DNA of 64,000 bases, taken from contig OZ316892.1 in assembly GCA_973895155.1 (NCBI GenBank), positions 29,642,932 to 29,706,931 on the forward strand, in the 5' to 3' direction. The DNA is from Marsupella aquatica. Lineage: Eukaryota; Plantae; Marchantiophyta. The notes beneath the pieces are model-generated. The model saw nothing but the letters and a program-made list of their open reading frames with translations. It was not told the DNA's origin and made no database searches. The number at the start of each line of letters is the position of its first letter. The first letter of the stretch is position 1. Of this stretch, positions 53,238 to 64,000 are shown piece by piece. The translations under genes and the position numbers were made by a program.

Positions 53238-55498
53238 GTAGCATCTTGGTCATGAGATTATTCATTTTAGACATCTTCACTACTTTCATTTTCAATGATA
53301 AACCCATTTATCTCCTCCAGGAGATTTGCCACCCTCCAAGCATTCTAAACACTTGAGAGCATGGGGGAAGCAATGACATTAGGGAAAAACCATCAGGCTC
53401 CCTCGGAACCTAAACAACAGAGTCTTGATGATCTGTCGCCGAGGATGTGCACATCGCTAGCAAACGTTAGTATGGTAGAGAAGAGTGAAGGCATCTCCTT
53501 CCATATCCTCGAGGGAGCAACAAGAAAAGCTTGGAGATTACTGCTCATACTCAAATTGAAGCTCGACTCAGAAGATGCTGATCTTTCAAACGAAGTGGGC
53601 CACACGATGCAAAGGTGGAACAGGGTTCCAGGTATGACCAGTTGAGCAGCGCTCAATTAGGTTTCTCAGAAAGCCGGTCGGCTGGAGTAGTCTTTATGGC
53701 TAACAGCATCAAGAAGAAATTTTTGGGCCGTGATATGGGTGTCATCCTTTACAAATCTTAGAATTTACAGATTCATAGAACTTCAGTGCTTGAAGGTCAA
53801 CAATAGATCAGCCTACAACTGGATGACGATTCTGGAGTGTACATTTCTGGGGTCTGATGTTTAGCTTAGAGAATACAAAGTCTACAGACTTGGAGTCTAC
53901 CATAGGTCGCCGTGGATGCTAATTTGACGTGCTTTGAGACACAATTAGTATAATTGAGTCAATTGATGTCTGTGTCTCAAGTGTATTGTGTTAATGTCAA
54001 ATCGAAATGAATATTGATCTCAGAAGATCTTAATCAACGTCTGGAAGCAGACGAGTGAAAAGGCAACTATATCAATGTTTGGAGGGAATCCCGTGCTGAC
54101 AAAACTGATACAAGTGTTTCAGAGGGTGTCGAGGAGAATCATTATATTTTTAGCTGACAAAAGTGATCTCCACAAAGCTCGGCGATGTTCTTTCTCGGTG
54201 CGCTATCACTATTTGCAGATTTCCTCACCTCGTCATAGGACGAAATTTCTCATGACTCCTGGCCCACGCGCCTTCTCCGCTTTCGAGCCAGATAGCATAT
54301 ATCACTGCAGTAGCAAGCATGGGCAATTTCTTGTTGGTTAGAATACTCATTGTAGTTTGTGGAGGACAGCAACTTGCGGGAAGTCTTCAACGCGGCGTTG
54401 GTCTTCGTGAGTCAACTAAAGATGAATGAACGGTGCTCCGCAATGCGCCAATTCATGGACTTCTTCAGAACGCGGGACATGAAAGGGTGGGACCAAGTGA
54501 AGAAAGAAAATTCGGAATAACTAGTAACCTGAAAGGAAAAGAAAAATGAAACCACGTCGGAAACGCTACAGGTAGATCTCTAGGCCCGCCGAACCCACTA
54601 CTGTACAATATCTGGTCTCATCAGTGATGATTCTGGTCTCATCAGTGATGATTCTGGCAGAGAAGAAGCTGTGGGATACTGGGATGTGTTTTTTAAAAAT
54701 AAATTTCAGAATGGACTAAGTCGCAGCGATTGATTATGCTCGTGTGGTCCCCAGACAAGAGGTCATGAGCTGGTTATCTAAACGATGGGCACATGTGCCA
54801 ATAACTTTTAGTTTGAAGCAAATCTACACGGGAATCTACATTACTAACTGTAACAGACTGCTCGAGTGAGTCGCTTACTGACTCAAAAACCTACAGCACG
54901 TGATTGGGTGGGTTCTTGCTCAAGTGTAGGCTTGCTCAAATGTAGTCTATAAACATCTCGAGAATCTTTCAACCTGGGCATTTGGGTTTGGTCACAGCAG
55001 ATTGGAAAAGATGTACCAGACTTTATCCGAGGAGCATATCAACATCCAACAAGGCCGAAGTCTGCATGCCTTCCGCCGATTTTCGGACGAGAAGAGGAGA
55101 GCAGAGAAGCTGATATCCAGTGAGAGAGTTTCTGGCAACAGTTGAAATACAATAGAAGCAACTCTGGAGCAATTTGACTAGGGTTGCGAATCACTAAGGG
55201 GATCTGGGTTCACTTACGACCTTCTTCAGGCTGCGTTTCCTGGATCGATCGTACGATGGAATGACTTTCAGGCAGCTACAAGCGATTTGAGCCCATTGTA
55301 AAAACTTGAAGAATCTTTCCGCATTCTCATGGCACCATTATCAAAGGACAGGGGACTTGCTGGCAACAAAGTTTGAAGCGGGGGGCTAGATTGGGGTCCG
55401 GCATATAATTATGCCAAGTCGATCCTTCTGAGTGAGCTTTCGAGATGCCAGTCGACCTTGATGTGTTTCCCTATTGAAGAGAACTCATTATTCGCAGA

Positions 55499-57769
55499 AT
55501 GAGTTTATTGTGCCACTTCAGCAATCATGCAAAGGTAGAACTTAGGAATCAGAAAATTCACGACCGATCCAGGGGGCTAGTCCTCTTTCAGGTTGCGCTT
55601 GTCATAATATTGTTGTTTTCCACCTTTGGAGCCTCTAGTCACGTTAACGTACTAGCAACTCCCATCCCGTCCCCGGGAAGTCCTGGATGCTATGTAGATG
55701 ACCGATGCACTCTCCTCACGTTCAAGAAGGGGCTGTTCAATGAGGGTGAACCTGCATTGGCCAGCTGGAGTATTAGTGCGGATGTGAGTCATTGGAAGGG
55801 AGTGTCATGGAAAACAGCCGCGGCTGGAATACCTTATGCGTACAAGCTGGAGCTCGGTGACTTTAAGCTTAATGGGACACGCATAGCTCCTCTTTTGCAA
55901 TACGGCCTCACTAATCTGACCACTCTCAACATATCTGGCAATTTTATTTCAGCTAGACTGCCAGACCCTTTGAGAATATGCCCTTCGCTACTTGTTCTCG
56001 ATATCAGCAACAACAGCTTTGGCGGCAGCCTTCCTCAGCTTGTCAGTTGCGATGACACATTGAACGGCTCCGCTCACCTGACTCCGGTGGCATTCAGTTC
56101 CACTAATTTGCGAGTGCTCAACATTAGCAGGAACAACTTTTTAGGTGAGGTTCCCGGCTCGCTCTTTTCATCACGTTTATCTGGGGGAAGAGGTGGCAGC
56201 TTGAGCAATCTGACTTCTCTCGTGTTGGAGGAGAACTATTTTGAAGGAAGCTTTCCTTCGGACTCTATCGGTAATTGTACTGACCTGGTGCAGTTGAAGC
56301 TTTCGAACAACAACTTTGCAGGGCCCTTTCCCCTCGATGCACTTCAAAAGCTTAAAAAACTCGAAATTGTGGAGGCAACGAGCAGCGGCATCACTGGTGA
56401 TTTACAAATACCGAATGATGGACTAAGTTTTGGGCAGCTCAAATCTCTCAGTCTGAGCTACAATTCTCTAACTGGAAACATTCCTGAGAGTCTTGGTAAT
56501 TTCTCGAATCTGGAGAGTCTTGAGCTCCAATACAACAATCTTTCGGGTAACATTCCGAAAACTCTGGCCAAGTTGTCCAAGCTGAAGATTTTGAGCCTCG
56601 AATGGAACCATTTGAACGGGAACATTCCGGAAGAGATCTTCCAGCTGAGTAACTTGGAAACCTTAAGTCTGAATCACAATAAGCTTAGGGGATCACTCTC
56701 ACCGAATCTAAGCAACTGCACGAACCTGAAAAGCTTCTGGTTGAATGAGAACTCTATCTCTGGCACCGTACCGGCTGAGTTGGGGAATCTGACGAACCTC
56801 GTGGTGGTCTCTCTGTATGGCAATTATTTCAGTCAAAGTATCCCCCCAGAACTGGGTCGTTTGAGGACCCTGATGGCTTTCGATTTGAGCTATAACAATC
56901 TGGGTGGAAATATTCCGGATGTGTTGTGTGATCTGTTCCAGTTGCAGGTATTACTGTTCGACTACAATCGACTCACTGGTTCTGTTCCCAACTGTTTTGG
57001 GAACTTCACTTACCTCCGACTCCTGGGCGTGTCATCCAATTTCTTGACTGGTCATCTCCCCGCTGATCTCAGCAACATCTCAATGAATGTGCAGTCCTTG
57101 TCTGAAGCACCAGATGAGCTTAGCTCCGCAACTTACATACAGGAACTCGAGGGTCAAAATCTTGTCTTTCTGTACACCCAGTCGCCCATCTCATATCACC
57201 TCGCCAACAACTTTTTCTCTGGACAGATTCCAGAAACCTTCGGTGACATCCAAAACTTGCAGCTGTTGAGACTCGACCACAACAATTTCTCTGGTCCCAT
57301 CCCTAAGGCCCTTGGGAATGCTTCCGCTCTCATGGTATTGGATCTCTCTTCTAATGAGCTCAGTAACGTTATTCCTTACAGTCTTACCGAGCTTCATTTT
57401 CTTTCCGCAGTGAATTTCTCTTACAACAACCTATCAGGGCAAATCCCTCAAGCCAGTCAGTTTTTGACCTTTAGCCCGGGTTCTTTCTATGGAAACCCGT
57501 TTTTGTGTGGGATTCCTCTCGAGCTGAAGTGCTTGTCGCTGCAGCAAGAGCCACCGCCGACATCCGCGCCGGCTTCAACTCATGCGAGTTTCAAGATAGA
57601 TGAGTGGATTTCGTTTCCAGCATTTGGCGCGGGAGTAGCCATTAGCTTCAGTATAGTGACAAGTTTCGCATTGCCGTTCGCATACCTCTCAGGCAAAAGG
57701 GTGGCGAAGGCTCAAAGAATTGTGCCCGAACGACGTGAGTTATACGGAGTTTTCAGGTTTCCGTCGTAA
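55499..57769 (+). CDS. LRR receptor-like protein (no kinase), 756 aa, intronless
   Basis: Hydrophobic N-terminal segment, LRRNT (LLTFK...LASW...WKGVSW), plant LRRs LxxNxLxGxIP with an island before the last LRRs, GNPFLCG cap, transmembrane helix and short tail. Confidence 0.92.
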   Translation: MSLLCHFSNHAKVELRNQKIHDRSRGLVLFQVALVIILLFSTFGASSHVNVLATPIPSPGSPGCYVDDRCTLLTFKKGLFNEGEPALASWSISADVSHWKGVSWKTAAAGIPYAYKLELGDFKLNGTRIAPLLQYGLTNLTTLNISGNFISARLPDPLRICPSLLVLDISNNSFGGSLPQLVSCDDTLNGSAHLTPVAFSSTNLRVLNISRNNFLGEVPGSLFSSRLSGGRGGSLSNLTSLVLEENYFEGSFPSDSIGNCTDLVQLKLSNNNFAGPFPLDALQKLKKLEIVEATSSGITGDLQIPNDGLSFGQLKSLSLSYNSLTGNIPESLGNFSNLESLELQYNNLSGNIPKTLAKLSKLKILSLEWNHLNGNIPEEIFQLSNLETLSLNHNKLRGSLSPNLSNCTNLKSFWLNENSISGTVPAELGNLTNLVVVSLYGNYFSQSIPPELGRLRTLMAFDLSYNNLGGNIPDVLCDLFQLQVLLFDYNRLTGSVPNCFGNFTYLRLLGVSSNFLTGHLPADLSNISMNVQSLSEAPDELSSATYIQELEGQNLVFLYTQSPISYHLANNFFSGQIPETFGDIQNLQLLRLDHNNFSGPIPKALGNASALMVLDLSSNELSNVIPYSLTELHFLSAVNFSYNNLSGQIPQASQFLTFSPGSFYGNPFLCGIPLELKCLSLQQEPPPTSAPASTHASFKIDEWISFPAFGAGVAISFSIVTSFALPFAYLSGKRVAKAQRIVPERRELYGVFRFPS

Positions 57770-58771
57770 AGACTCTCATTGTGAGTGGCTTCCTGACGCT
57801 CTCTTTGAGGAAAGCATTGATAGCAAGTTTAATTAAGCTATTCAATCTCAGGAAGCACTGATTGGTAGGTTGTCGCCTCTCGTATGATCGATGTTGAAAT
57901 GAATTTTGTTTTCCATTTGGGTCCAAAGTCAATTCACTTCGAGGTCTGGGTGTTTCGTGATTCTTTGTTATCCCGCTTTAGGATGCCTTTGATTAGGTCC
58001 CGATGTAGGTGTCTTCGCCCATGATCTATCTCACCTCAGTTGGTCTGTTTCTTTCGCTTGTTATCATCTGGGCTGCGTCCCAAACAATTTCCTCTCGACG
58101 AGACAGTACAAATTAAGCTCTTCGCAACAATTGCACGAACCGGCAAAATGCTGGAAAACCTTCCGCTTCCACAGAACTTTTCCACATATGTACAGTTTGC
58201 AAAATTTGCTGGTCCATGCGAGATTCAAGGCCACTGGCAGCCTTCTCGGCAAGATAGAGAAGCTCTCCATTAATTCTCGTCTCCACTACATGACGTTTCA
58301 CCAGCGTACTCGTTCTAGCTGAGTCCATTCCGCCAGCTTACTTCAGTTCGGCTCATTTGCTCATATTGTGAACCACCAGTCTGAGAATGCAGGCTTGAAA
58401 GTCCCATGCCACTGCTTAATCTTGCTTGTAATAACTGAAGCACGTATTACATTTTCCTAGAGACTCCATAGCCGGTCGTTGCATCTGTTGCCTGGGACAA
58501 TAGAACCCCAATTTAAGGAAAACCTAACTTTGTAAATTTTGAAAATCATTAAATATTATTATTTTAATAAAAAGAGGGCGGCATGATGTGTGGCTGCACA
58601 TGAAACCCTAAAAATGACTGCAACGTCACATTTTAACCAATCCAACTTTACGGGACCAAGAGACATGCTCACGCGAATAATAATAATAGAGAAATAAATC
58701 TTTGAGATCCTTTATATATGATAACCAATATATAAGGAGTTTACAAATAGTTTCTAGAACGACAATACAAA

Positions 58772-59498
58772 TTAATCTGATCTTATGCCGACTATTATTT
58801 TGGAAGCGTCCAAAATTGGGCGTCTGTTAAATTGCTCTACTAGATATCTATCTCCATGCCTCTGAATCACAGGGTTTTCCCATAGAGTATGATTATAATC
58901 ATAATTTCTAAAAATAGATTTAACTGACCAATCTGGATAATCTCTTCCATTGACAATGACAAGCGGTTCACAAGAGTTTGCTAGCTTGCTAAGATACGGA
59001 ATCAGCAAGTTAATCAGGAAACTGTCGTCGACCGACCCAAAATATTTGGGCGGAAATAATGATCCAACAACAGGATCTAAACAAGCATGAAATGCATCGG
59101 ATTCGATAAGCATTATATTTTGCTGTAGATACGCCTTCGAATAAATTCCAACCCTCTCAAAACACTTCAAAAATATCCGCTTATTTGATGTCACCCCATC
59201 GCATAAGTAACAATGAGATTGATCCCAAATATACTTAAATGAGGCCATTTTCATCGCAGTAAAATCTGATCTAAAAGGTTCTTCCCAAGAGAGGACCAGA
59301 TCCCTACTCGAAATTCTCAAAACAAAATCTCAAGAATTCGTGAAGATGAGGCCTTGGATTCCAATCTATTGGGAATATATAGAAGATCTCAAGAATTCCA
59401 ATTGAGACCGCCATCAGTCGGGAATGCGGTGCAATGTAACAGAGTAGATGCTCCACGTCTAAAACTATGAGCCCATTTTCTTTGCTGCAATGAATCTC
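58772..59498 (-). pseudogene. FCP1/NIF-type HAD domain unit 3 (frameshifted)
   Basis: Acceptor TTTCTGTACAG|GAG; LIVLDVEHLL, PRPHLHEFLRFCFENF, then in shifted frames GIWSS, FKYIWDQSHC and IMLIESD. Confidence 0.7.
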
Positions 59499-59584
59499 CT
59501 GTACAGAAACACAAGAAGATGCATGAGCCCGTATGGATGTAGTCACGCGAATGGTCGCGTCACATATTACAGAGAAAACATCCT

Positions 59585-60292
59585 CTACACTCTGGCCATT
59601 GATAAGTGACGTCTGTTGAAGTGCTTGCTAAGAACTTGATCCGCATGTCTCTGCACGTACAGATGCTCCCATATATCCTCGTTCAGATCCCAATCTCGAT
59701 ATAGATTTTTAATCGACCAGATGGGATAATCGAACTTGTTAGCGAACGCAAGACAAAACCCTGAATTTGATAGCTTTCGTAAATATGGAATGAGGTCATC
59801 CCTCAAAAAGACATCATCCAACGATCCTTGAAACGACTTAGCGAACAATAATCCGCATACAGCTGTCTGGCATGTATGGGAAGGACAGACATCAATCTGG
59901 ATTATATTCTCTGGTCGATAATCTTGAAACATATCACGTAGTCTCTCGATAGATTTGAAGACAACAGTCTTATAATTTTTCTTCACATAACCAAGATTCC
60001 AGCAATGATCCCGCGTGAACACATATATCAGCTGCGACAGGTTGGTGCTCGACAACACTTCTGAAAGTATCTGATAAACCAGTTTATCGTCGAGAATAGA
60101 CTAGATCATCACATCAAAATGATCATAACAGAATTTTATAAGATCATGAAGATGCGGCCTCGGAACGACACATAGAGATCCCATACGAATTCCGGGTGTC
60201 GACTTGAGCTGAGGAGTATATTTTGAAACAGAGCACAGGAAGTTTTCCAGTCCTAAAACTAGAAGTTGACGCGACCTGCTCCACTTAAACAC
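59585..60292 (-). pseudogene. FCP1/NIF-type HAD domain unit 2 (in-frame TAG at 60103-60101)
   Basis: Acceptor TTTACAG|GTG; LLVLGLENFL, PRPHLHDLIKFCYDHFDVMI*S (stop at the conserved Trp), ENIIQIDV; both ORF pieces share one frame. Confidence 0.7.
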
Positions 60293-60417
60293 CTGTAAAT
60301 GAACAATTCGATTCTCATATTATGCAATTGCAAACAACCACGCGACCGGGCGCGTCACTACCAAAAGTTCAATTTCAATCAATTTATAAATAATAATTGA
60401 TAGTAAACAATAAATGT

Positions 60418-61188
60418 TTACTTATTGGACTTATCCCGAGCTTCTATAGCACGGTCTTTTTTGGCAGATAAGTATTTCATAAATTCGTCAAACTTTTCTA
60501 AATGGTCTTTATTCCCTTGATTACGAATGATCACATTTCTCCTCCAAAGATTCGTCTTATCAATATAATCTTTCTCAAGATTTTCTTGAGAGAACGTTGG
60601 AATCCCATATCCACTAAGGAGCTCGCGGAATGTCAACTTGTCAATTGACATGTCGCATAGATATGGATATAGTTTCTTTCTAAAAAATAGGTCATCATCG
60701 AGCCCAGAATATGCATCGGGATACAGCGATGAATAGAAGTCATTAAGGCTCGTCTTATATGCAGCGTCATCGATAAGAATGACATTCTCAATGTTGTAAT
60801 CTTTAATATCGGCGGCAATGTCGGAGAGATATTTGATAAATAAGGGGATGTCATTATTATTCTTCCCAATAAGTCGAGTTGATTCTTGTCCCCATATAAA
60901 TTTAATACGTTTCAAAACTTTGGGTCGAAGTATCAGCCTTACACAAGATAGAATATTCCATTTGAACATGCACGACCAGATCGCAATGTCATATAGATCT
61001 GCCACCTTCTCAAGAAATTCCATTAAATCAGGCCTTGGATAGATAACCTTGTGCATTTGTCTCACACCCCTTGACCAAATGGGCATCCCAGGGCTGATCT
61101 TCTCTGACCAGATAAGTACCCAATTCAGATCAAAAATTACAAGTCTCTTATGAACCGGTGACTTCTTTGCCGATGGATTAGGCGCCAT
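60418..61188 (-). CDS. FCP1/NIF-type (CTD phosphatase-like) HAD domain unit 1
   Basis: LVIFDLNWVL (DxN variant of DxDxT), PRPDLMEFL, IAIWS, FIWGQE, KYL, ENVILIDD. It may be an exon of the upstream gene. Confidence 0.78.
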   Translation of the reverse strand: MAPNPSAKKSPVHKRLVIFDLNWVLIWSEKISPGMPIWSRGVRQMHKVIYPRPDLMEFLEKVADLYDIAIWSCMFKWNILSCVRLILRPKVLKRIKFIWGQESTRLIGKNNNDIPLFIKYLSDIAADIKDYNIENVILIDDAAYKTSLNDFYSSLYPDAYSGLDDDLFFRKKLYPYLCDMSIDKLTFRELLSGYGIPTFSQENLEKDYIDKTNLWRRNVIIRNQGNKDHLEKFDEFMKYLSAKKDRAIEARDKSNK

Positions 61189-61404
61189 CTGTACCTGTGA
61201 TTTTTGTGTCGAAGGGTTTGGAGAACGGTCTGTTTGTTTCCCGCCTCTGGACGATCACCGAACTTCCGGATTGGTGCCTTCGATACTCGATCAGGGGGTT
61301 TTGGGATAGGCTTATGTAAAACATTAAGAAATGAAAATAAGTTTATAACGCGAATGGTCGCGTGACTACAAAGAGAGACACTGAAATGAAGTGTATTACA
61401 TGTA

Positions 61405-62188
61405 CAAGACGGTCGTTCAGTGCTGGAATTCCGCCGGAAATGTCAATCATAGCAGCACGGATCTCGGTAACTAGGTTACTTGCGGACGTCGGCTTGCAAA
61501 AGTCCATGTCAAATAACGACAAGACTATCTCCCTACGGAATTTCTCAATTTGATCCGCGGCAAAATTAATTTCGTTTCCTTGACACAAGCACTTGGCGTA
61601 TCTCAAGATAAACACACCACAACTGTGGCCGTCACTCTGGTGAGGAATATCATTCCGATATATCCGTTCCCAACCTGAGAGATCCAAGTTGACACCAGTT
61701 CTCTAGCCAATTTCGTCGGCGTAGTACTTCCCAACAATATCTAGCACCCCAGGATTTTGTCGATTATGAACTAGAGAATCTAGGTACTCCAGCCGTTTCT
61801 CCTTCGGATACACAACTACCAATGACCAATGTTCTTTCACAGCATTGTGTACTGGAAAGACCAGTTTATCGTATTGACTGATTTTTAGCGGAAACTCCTT
61901 TGTCCAAGCTGCTCTCTCCTCATCAAAAATGGTAGGATCCATGGAGAGAAGCTCAAAATGGTGTGTTTGGAAGAATTTGACAAGGTCTGACTTTCCAACT
62001 CTATCGAGAATCAGTTCGAGAAAACTCAAATAAGCGTTAATTATATCATCGGTGAGCAACTCGCGCGGTCTCAGACACATCATATATTTCCTCTTGATCG
62101 AGTGTTGTAAGAACTTGGTCAATAGCTCTTCCATATCCTTAGAAGGATCAAGGCATTGATCTATTCGACTAGCCAAATTTTCAAAAAA
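61405..62188 (-). pseudogene. Ulp1/SENP-like C48 cysteine protease exon with in-frame TAG (61705-61703)
   Basis: LTDDIINAY, FPVH..KEHWSLVVV, YLDSL, PHQSDGHSCGVF (His/Asp/Gln/Cys all present); acceptor TTTTTTGCAG at 62189. Confidence 0.85.
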
Positions 62189-62339
62189 CTGCAAAAAATA
62201 GAGATTTCAGTACGCCTTCAAATAACGTACTGAGGTTGTAGCCTAAGGGTTCTACCTCAGAAAACAGAAACAATAACAAATCAATAATAAAATAATGACG
62301 TCTATAATAGAAACTTTAAGCTTATAGCTTGCAAATGAC

Positions 62340-64000
62340 CTTTGGATTGGGTGGATCCGGCCTTTTCGTAGCTGATCTCTTGGGTGCCTCAATCGCAACA
62401 ACATCCTTCAGCCCTCCTCGAGACCGCAGTGATCGCTCCACCGGACCAGTTTGCGAAGGTTAGAGCGATGAGGCAGGAAGACCTTCAAATGGTTGTGGCA
62501 TTTGATTCAAATATTCCACAATCTGGGAATCCAATTCCAAAATATCCGGTGCCACAATTTCTGCGCGAGTGACCTCTGTAATATATCGGGGTCGAGACCA
62601 CGAACCCGATCGCGTCAAGTCAGCTGTTAGTCTCTTAACGACTTGAGCCGAGTCTGGTGCCAAAGACGTTCTCAGGTCTTGCACTCGATTCTCGAAAAAG
62701 CGAACATTATTGATGATTGTCTCCATTTTGGATGCAGTGGCAGTCTTCTCCTCGGTAATCAAAAGACCCTTCCAATATTGCAAAGTAAGAACTGTCTGGA
62801 CTCGGAGCTGCTCTGGTGAATATTTATTCCAATCATCCAACGAGACCGTACTTAAGGGTGGATGGTTAAATTCAAACTCCGTGCGAAGAAAATAGTCTAA
62901 TATTTTCTTCTTAACTGCAATTGAGGGTGAAGAAGGCTTCTTCAAATTCAGCCTTATTTTCGGTAGACGTTGTGCCTCAGGAATAAGCAAAAGATCCTTG
63001 GCCCTCTCGGCCTCCTTCCTCGCTGCCTCCAGTCTTGCGGAATTGACCTTTTTTGCCTCCAACTTCTTCGCCTCCACCCTCTCCGGTCTTGCGGTCTCGT
63101 CCGCCATCCTCTCGGCCAGCAGCCTCTCAGCCGCCACACTCTCCGCCTTGGCCCTATTTGCCTCTGTCACTAAAAGGACTCTCGCAGCCTCCGCTTTCTC
63201 AGCCTGGGCTTTCTCAGCCTGGGCGTTCTTAGCCTCCGCTTTCTCAGCCTGGGCTTTCTCAGCCTGGGCTTTCTCAGCCTCCGCTTTCTCGGCCTCCGCT
63301 TTCTCCGCCTGGGCTTTCTCCGCAACCGCTTTCTCAGCCTGGGCTTTCTCAGCCTCCGCTTTCTCAGCCTGGGCTTTCTCAACCTCCGCTTTCTCCGCCT
63401 CCGCTTTCTCAGCCTCTGCTTTCTCAGCCTCGGCTTTCTTCTTCTTCTTCGCGGCAGTTGCTTTTCTAGCTACTGCCTTTTTCTTCTTAGCCTCCTTCTT
63501 TTGAAGCTCCTCTTGTCGGGATGCCTCCTCCTGCCGGGCCGCCTCCTTCTTTTGAAGCTTCTCTTGCCGGGCCGCCTCCTGCCGGGCCGCCTCCTCTCTG
63601 GCCTCCTCCTGCCGGGCCGCCTCCTTCTTTTGAAGCTCCTCTTGCCGGGCCGCCTCCTGCCGGGCCTCCTCCAGTCGGGCCTCCTCCTGCCGGGCCACCT
63701 CCTCTCTGGCCTCCTCCTGCCGGGCCGCCTCCTCTCGGTCCACCTCATGTTGAGGCTCCTGTGTGGCCTCTTCATCAGAGTCCTCAGCGTCCTCAGAACC
63801 CTCCATCTCCTCGTCCTCTTCATCAGCGTCCTCAGCGTCCTTCATCTCCTCTCCGTCACTCTCTTCATCTCCTCTATTGTCGGAATCTCCGACGTCGTTC
63901 TGCGTATTGGTCATCCACTCTGGATCTTGATCATTGACATCCCCATCCGCGTCACCTTCCGCGTCACCTTCCCCCTCACCATCCGCATTACCATTGCTCC
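62340..64000 (-). pseudogene. Acidic and coiled-coil low-complexity exon upstream of Ulp1 (in-frame TAA at 62462-62460); continues beyond the window
   Basis: Frame open to the window end; EEAARQ and AEKAQ/AEKAE repeats; reading continues past TAA to a phase-0 donor AAG|GTCATT at 62339, compatible with the Ulp1 acceptor. Confidence 0.65.

Noticed and set aside
60101-62462. Stop-codon readthrough or U-to-C editing rescuing the module
   Set aside because: U-to-C editing in plants is organellar, and HAD unit 3 also has frameshifts, so simple decay explains the stops.
58772-64000. Endogenous giant-virus origin for the protease + CTD-phosphatase block
   Set aside because: No viral hallmark genes in view, and the coding blocks begin at spliceosomal acceptors; transposon cargo is more parsimonious, though a viral origin is not excluded.

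Overview
Eukaryotic nuclear DNA from an early-diverging land plant; a bryophyte, probably a liverwort, is my inference from gene content and GT-AG introns. Host genes: two paralogous two-exon ARM-repeat genes whose N-terminus resembles an NLR winged-helix (copy 1 truncated), RPL8/uL2, a GH29 alpha-L-fucosidase, an F-box protein, the plastid thioredoxin-like CDSP32, TAD3 (9 exons) and an LRR receptor-like protein. An 87-aa two-exon Tyr/Ser/Asn-rich microprotein, missed by the ORF track, resembles a fungal family. Mobile DNA: a decayed Ty1/copia element lacking its 5' LTR, a non-autonomous Helitron with clean ends, Harbinger-type MITEs and fragments, SINE-like inserts and several minisatellites. 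The last ~5.3 kb is a decaying, apparently spliced module (coiled coil, Ulp1/C48 protease, three FCP1/NIF-type HAD domains), with a conserved ACGCGA-N4-TCGCGT palindrome before each HAD unit. Family assignments come from motif recognition only; no database search was run.
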